A stretch of 32,000 nucleotides of DNA from an uncultured bacterium (lineage in GTDB: Bacteria; GCA-001730085), in contig CAZMGY010000021.1 in NCBI GenBank assembly GCA_964565945.1, positions 30,001 to 62,000 of the forward strand, read 5' to 3'. A model generated the notes under the pieces. That model made no database searches. It was not told the origin of the DNA and worked only from the letters and a program-made list of their open reading frames with translations. Below are positions 28,386 through 32,000 of this stretch, piece after piece; the stretch's first letter is position 1, and each line of letters begins with the position of its first letter. A program made the translations under genes and the position numbers.

Positions 28386-29032
28386 GGTGTATATATAGTG
28401 AAGTACGGGAGCAGTAGGCAAGGCCGGTAGTTCCCGTCATCGCTTGCCAGCCGGTAAGGTTGCACTCAGGGCATTGTGAGCAACAGCACAATAGTTCCGC
28501 TATTGGTAAGTGCTTACGATGGGCGCAAGAAGTCGGTTGTATTACAAATTTCTGCGAATTTGCCCTCCAACCGCTATCTTGAGAAGGACGTTTCCCCGTC
28601 CGTTCTATCCTCAGGAGGCGCGCTAAGCTATCGAATTATTATTCGAGAGCAAGGGCTTATATGGTGCATTACCGGCATTGAGCCGAGTGCTGCACCAGCG
28701 AACGTGTGGCCGTTCTAATCACCACTTATGGGAGCCTTCAAGCTGCCCCCAAAACCCCCATGATCAGGGGAGACTTCGCTCTCCCCTAAAGCCCCATCGA
28801 GTCAGGAGCCTTCGTGCCCCTAACAACCCAGACCAACCGTACGCCGTTTGGATGCCGTGAACATTTCGGTGTTCAATGCCTACCACTGTTTCGTCAGTGG
28901 AAAACGATCAACGAGCGCCCTTGGATGCAACTGAGTTATGAAACGTCATCGCCAATGATGCAATATTCGCTATTGACATAGAGTTCGTTTTCGATTCTAA
29001 TAATCTGCATCATCGTTAATGAAGGAATTATT
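28386..29032. other. ORF-poor, hairpin-rich segment of unknown nature
   Basis: Only weak 60-80-aa ORFs are present. Several stems: ACGGGA/TCCCGT at 28405-28437, GGTGCA/TGCACC enclosing CGGC/GCCG (about 28663-28697), GGGGAGA/TCTCCCC at 28767-28786, CCACTG/CAGTGG at 28883-28900. No RNA family recognised. Confidence 0.3.
28730..28830 (+). repeat. three degenerate tandem units of about 37 nt, each GGAG(C/A)CTTC...CCCC followed by (T)AA(A/C)NCCCA
   Basis: Unit starts at 28730, 28767 and 28805. The middle unit forms a perfect 7-bp hairpin. The shared GGAGCCTTC word falls in different reading frames in units 1 and 3, which argues against a coding repeat. Confidence 0.45.
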
Positions 29033-29629
29033 TTGAAGCTCACTGATCTTGCAATTATATCCGCTGGACACCCATTCAGAGGGAAAATACTGGAAAAATC
29101 CGGTAGCGGTATCCGTGCCGTGCAGATGAAAGACATCTCTATTGATCAGGGTGTTTGTTGGGAGAGCGTTATCGAAACGGAGCTTTCTGGCAAAAAAAAA
29201 CCTGCTTGGCTGATGAATGGGGATATCCTTTTCGCAGCCAGAGGCGCACGTAATTATGCCGTACTGGTAGATCATATTGTAGGGAAAGTCGTTAGTGCTC
29301 CTCATTTCTATATTCTCCGTGTGAACGAGCAATCGCTTTTGCCGGAATTTCTGGTCTGGCAGCTCAATCAAAAACCCCTGCAAAACTATTTCGACAGGGC
29401 AGCGCAAGGGTCGTTTACCAAGAGCATTAAACGCTCAATTTTAGAATGTGCTGAAATCACAGTACCGCCACTAGATAACCAAAAGCAAATCGTAGGCTTG
29501 CACATGACATTGATGCAAGAAAGAAAGCTCTATTCTGAATTGACCAGAAATGCGGATAAGTTAATGAATTCTATTGCCAGCAAACTTGCGGCAGGTAAAA
29601 CTCTACAGTTAAAAGGAATAAAAATATGA
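29033..29629 (+). CDS. hsdS: half-size Type I restriction-modification specificity subunit (single target-recognition domain plus conserved helix)
   Basis: HsdS-like pattern: KLTDLAIISAGHPFRG, GDILFAARG, FLVWQLNQKPLQNYFDRAAQGSFTKSIKRSIL, ITVPPLDNQKQIV, then a coiled-coil tail. TTG start with GAAGGA upstream. ATGA overlap with hsdM at 29626-29629. Confidence 0.7.
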   Translation: MKLTDLAIISAGHPFRGKILEKSGSGIRAVQMKDISIDQGVCWESVIETELSGKKKPAWLMNGDILFAARGARNYAVLVDHIVGKVVSAPHFYILRVNEQSLLPEFLVWQLNQKPLQNYFDRAAQGSFTKSIKRSILECAEITVPPLDNQKQIVGLHMTLMQERKLYSELTRNADKLMNSIASKLAAGKTLQLKGIKI

Positions 29630-31149
29630 ACACACCAATAAGCCAAGATGCTATCAACAAAGCCTTATGGGGGGCATGCGATACATTCCGTGGCACGGTC
29701 AGCGCTGACACATACAAAGACTTTATCCTAACCATGTTGTTCCTGAAATACATCTCTGATGTTTGGCAGGATCACTATGACAAATACAAAGAAGAGCATG
29801 GTGACGAGCCAGAGCTTATTCATGAAATGATGAAGAATGAGCGCTTTGTTCTTCCCGATGGATCAAGCTTTTATACCCTTTATGAAAAACGCCATGAACC
29901 CGGCAATGGTGAGCGTATCGACCAAGCTCTTCACGCATTGGAAGAGGCTAACGGCACTAAGCTTCGTGATGCATCAAAATCCGTGTTTCAGGATATCAGT
30001 TTTAACACTGATAAGCTCGGTGAAGAAAAACAAAAAAACACCATTCTTCGCCACTTGCTGGAAGATTTTGCCAAAGATGAATTAAACCTTCGCCCCAGTC
30101 GTGTTGGATCACTCGATGTGATCGGTAACGCCTACGAATATCTGATTAAGCACTTTGCCGCAGGTGGTGGGCAAAAAGCAGGAGAATTCTATACCCCGCC
30201 CGAAGTATCTGACCTGATTGCAGAATTGCTAGACCCACAAGAAGACGACACAATTTCTGATCCGGCTTGTGGTTCTGGTTCCTTGCTCATGAAATGTGGT
30301 CGTAAAATTAAAAAGCGTTTTAACAGCAAAAAATACGCACTCTACGGGCAAGAAGCTATTGGCTCTACTTGGTCTCTGGCGAAAATGAATATGTTCCTGC
30401 ATGGCGAAGACAATCACAAAATAGAGTGGGGAGATACAATCAGAAACCCTAAGCTACTGAATAAGCATGGCGGCTTGATGCATTTTGATATTGTGACGGC
30501 TAATCCTCCATTCAGTCTCGATAAATGGGGGCATGATGAAGCTGATCATGATCCGTTTGGACGTTTTCGTCGTGGTATTCCTCCAAAGACCAAAGGTGAT
30601 TATGCCTTTATTTCGCATATGATCGAAACTATGGAGCCGACTACAGGGCGTATGGGCGTTGTTGTTCCGCATGGTGTTTTGTTTCGTGGTAGCTCAGAAG
30701 GAAAAATCCGCAAACAATTGATAGAAGAAAATTTGCTTGATACGGTGATAGGACTTCCTGAAAAGCTCTTTTACGGTACAGGGATACCGGCGGCGATTCT
30801 GATCTTTAAGAAAAATAAGGCGGATAGCAATGTCCTGTTCATTGATGCCAGCCGTGAATGTAAGACGGGTAAAAACCAAAACCTACTCACGCTTGATAAT
30901 ATTAAAAAAATAGTCAAGACATATAAGGTGCGTAAAAGCTTTGATAAATATTCGTATTTGGCCAATTTTGAGGAGATTGAGGAAAACGACTTTAACCTTA
31001 ATATCCCGCGTTATGTCGATACTTTTGAAGAGGAAGAAGAAATTGACCTATTGGCAGTGCGTAAAGAGCGTGAAGAACTAAAAACTCAACTCGTCGAACT
31101 GGAAACGGAAATGGATGGTTATCTCAAGGAGCTGGGTTATGGTTCCTGA
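29626..31149 (+). CDS. hsdM: Type I restriction-modification N6-adenine DNA methyltransferase subunit
   Basis: HsdM N-terminal domain (LWGACDTFRG...YKDFILTMLFLKYISD), motif I DPACGSGS, motif IV TANPPFS, and a C-terminal coiled coil. Confidence 0.9.
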   Translation: MNTPISQDAINKALWGACDTFRGTVSADTYKDFILTMLFLKYISDVWQDHYDKYKEEHGDEPELIHEMMKNERFVLPDGSSFYTLYEKRHEPGNGERIDQALHALEEANGTKLRDASKSVFQDISFNTDKLGEEKQKNTILRHLLEDFAKDELNLRPSRVGSLDVIGNAYEYLIKHFAAGGGQKAGEFYTPPEVSDLIAELLDPQEDDTISDPACGSGSLLMKCGRKIKKRFNSKKYALYGQEAIGSTWSLAKMNMFLHGEDNHKIEWGDTIRNPKLLNKHGGLMHFDIVTANPPFSLDKWGHDEADHDPFGRFRRGIPPKTKGDYAFISHMIETMEPTTGRMGVVVPHGVLFRGSSEGKIRKQLIEENLLDTVIGLPEKLFYGTGIPAAILIFKKNKADSNVLFIDASRECKTGKNQNLLTLDNIKKIVKTYKVRKSFDKYSYLANFEEIEENDFNLNIPRYVDTFEEEEEIDLLAVRKEREELKTQLVELETEMDGYLKELGYGS

Positions 31150-32000
31150 TGGGTGGAAAGAAGAAAATCTTGGAACTCTTTTTGAGTTTAAAAATGGCGC
31201 TAATACTGAGGCAGCCAATTACGGTTCTGGAATTAAGTTTGTTAATGTGATGGACGTGTTTGGTAATCACTTTATTACTAGCGAGAAAATTCGTGAAAGA
31301 GTTAATCTGCCTGAAAAAAAGATTAATTTATATTTGTTAAAAATGGGCGACGTATTATTTAATAGAACGTCAGAGGTTTTCGACGAAATTGCTCTAACTG
31401 CTGTTTATATGGATACTTCACCAGCAATATTTGGTGGCTTCGTTATTAGGGGGCGACCTAAGGCTAACGAACTTGACTTTAAATTTTGTATTTATTGTTT
31501 TTCATCTTATAGAGTCCGTAAGGAATCTATAAGAAGAGGGCAAGGGGTAATACGATCGAACATTGGTCAAAAAGACCTACAGTATGTTCCGTTGTTAGTT
31601 CCTCCTATTATAGAACAAAAGAAAATAGCCAAAATATTATTGACTTGGGATCGAGCGATTGAGGTAACAGAAAAACTAATCAGCAATAGTCAGCAACAAA
31701 AAAAGTCCCTCATGCAACAACTCATCACTGGCAAAAAACGCCTTCTGGGATTTAGTGATGAATGGGAAAAGATTCGATTAAAGCCTCTTTTAGAGGAGGG
31801 AAAGGCTAGAAATAAAGATAGTTCAATACAACGAGTATTAAGTGTTACTAATCATAGCGGTTTTGTATTACCAGAAGATCAATTTTCAAAACGTGTGGCG
31901 AGCAGTAATGTCAGTAACTATAAAATAGTTAAACGTGGAGAATTTGCATATAACCCATCTCGTATAAACGTTGGTTCATTTGCGCGTCTTGATGATTATG
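31139..32000 (+). CDS. hsdS: Type I restriction-modification specificity subunit (3' end runs off the right edge)
   Basis: Absent from the track because it has no stop in the window. ATG at 31139 overlaps the hsdM end by 11 nt. MVPDGWKEENLGTLFEF..., central conserved region VPLLVPPIIEQKKIAKILLTWDRAIEVTEKLI...LMQQLITGKKRL, then a second TRD begins (EWEKIRLKPLL...). Confidence 0.85.
   Translation, partial: MVPDGWKEENLGTLFEFKNGANTEAANYGSGIKFVNVMDVFGNHFITSEKIRERVNLPEKKINLYLLKMGDVLFNRTSEVFDEIALTAVYMDTSPAIFGGFVIRGRPKANELDFKFCIYCFSSYRVRKESIRRGQGVIRSNIGQKDLQYVPLLVPPIIEQKKIAKILLTWDRAIEVTEKLISNSQQQKKSLMQQLITGKKRLLGFSDEWEKIRLKPLLEEGKARNKDSSIQRVLSVTNHSGFVLPEDQFSKRVASSNVSNYKIVKRGEFAYNPSRINVGSFARLDDY

Larger units (their letters stand above)
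17663..32000. mobile_element. mosaic genomic island inserted at the 3' end of the initiator tRNA-Met (right end outside the window)
   Basis: Gene content changes abruptly at the tRNA from housekeeping to two recombinases, a coupling protein, AlpA, XRE regulators and a Type I R-M locus. Composition also changes in blocks (read by eye, not computed). Confidence 0.7.

Noticed and set aside
28680-28715. GAGCCGAGTGCTGCACCAGCGAACGTGTGGCCGTTC looked like a group II intron domain V (GAGCCG…CGGTTC). A GTGAG at about 28475 could have been a 5' splice site.
   Set aside because: Hand-folding fails. The 3' strand reads CCGTTC rather than CGGTTC, so the lower helix breaks after 4 bp. There is no GNRA-capped upper helix and no reverse-transcriptase ORF nearby.
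28730-28830. The three ~37-nt tandem units could be a Type III toxin-antitoxin (ToxI-like) antitoxin RNA array.
   Set aside because: The units are only loosely similar, whereas ToxI-type repeats are near-identical. No terminator-plus-ToxN-like endoribonuclease gene follows; the next gene is HsdS-like.
28476-28860. Track ORFs 28476..28718 (80 aa) and 28678..28860 (60 aa) as real genes.
   Set aside because: They have non-ATG or weak starts, no RBS and unconvincing Pro/Ser/Arg-rich composition, and they overlap hairpins. I kept them only as part of the unassigned segment.
19945-30965. Nested or antisense small ORFs inside the island genes (for example 19945..20169, 22713..23003, 23406..23636, 25035..25277, 26902..27162, 28936..29407, 29837..30085, 30454..30965).
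   Set aside because: Same reasoning: they overlap longer ORFs that have clear family motifs (T4CP, vWA, integrase, AlpA, HsdS/HsdM).
17663-32000. A direct repeat of the tRNA-fMet 3' end (…GGTTCGAATCCCTCCCCCGCTACCA) that would mark the right end of the island.
   Set aside because: I did not find one by eye in the window. The only similar word (26376-26396) is in the opposite orientation and has a different acceptor sequence, so I treat it separately.

Overview
This is a bacterial chromosomal window, moderately AT-rich, with Shine-Dalgarno sites and many overlapping stop/start junctions. No rRNA or other taxonomic marker is present, so I do not assign a taxon. It splits into two parts.

(1) Positions 1-17.5 kb are a compact housekeeping block. 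On the minus strand: a partial exported protein, a 510-aa membrane-anchored protein, a TPR protein, folC, accD, an 804-aa TraB/GumN-domain protein, apbE, icd and an aspartate aminotransferase. On the plus strand: ppa, rsmI, alr, eno and ftsB. After ftsB come a clear terminator, about 500 nt I cannot assign, and a very AT-rich gene broken by homopolymer frameshifts.

(2) An initiator tRNA-Met (17586-17662) marks the left junction of a mosaic genomic island that runs off the right edge. From left to right the island holds:
- a large serine recombinase, interrupted by one in-frame TAA, whose reading frame runs antisense into the tRNA
- a tightly coupled minus-strand gene chain: 3-TM protein, exported protein, exported vWA protein, VirD4/TraG-type coupling protein, then two small ORFs and the recombinase, with no relaxase or other T4SS genes in view
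- an AT-rich block with a transposase-like HTH protein and a tyrosine integrase
- an orphan 21-nt tRNA 3'-end fragment flanked by phased TGTGTGA repeats, which looks like an unsplit attP
- an AlpA-family gene and a divergent XRE pair with operator palindromes
- about 0.55 kb of ORF-poor, hairpin-rich sequence
- a Type I R-M locus in the unusual order half-hsdS, hsdM, hsdS, with no hsdR in the window

The best candidate for an undescribed system is the membrane / exported / vWA / coupling-protein module. That call rests on motif reading only and needs database and structural checks.
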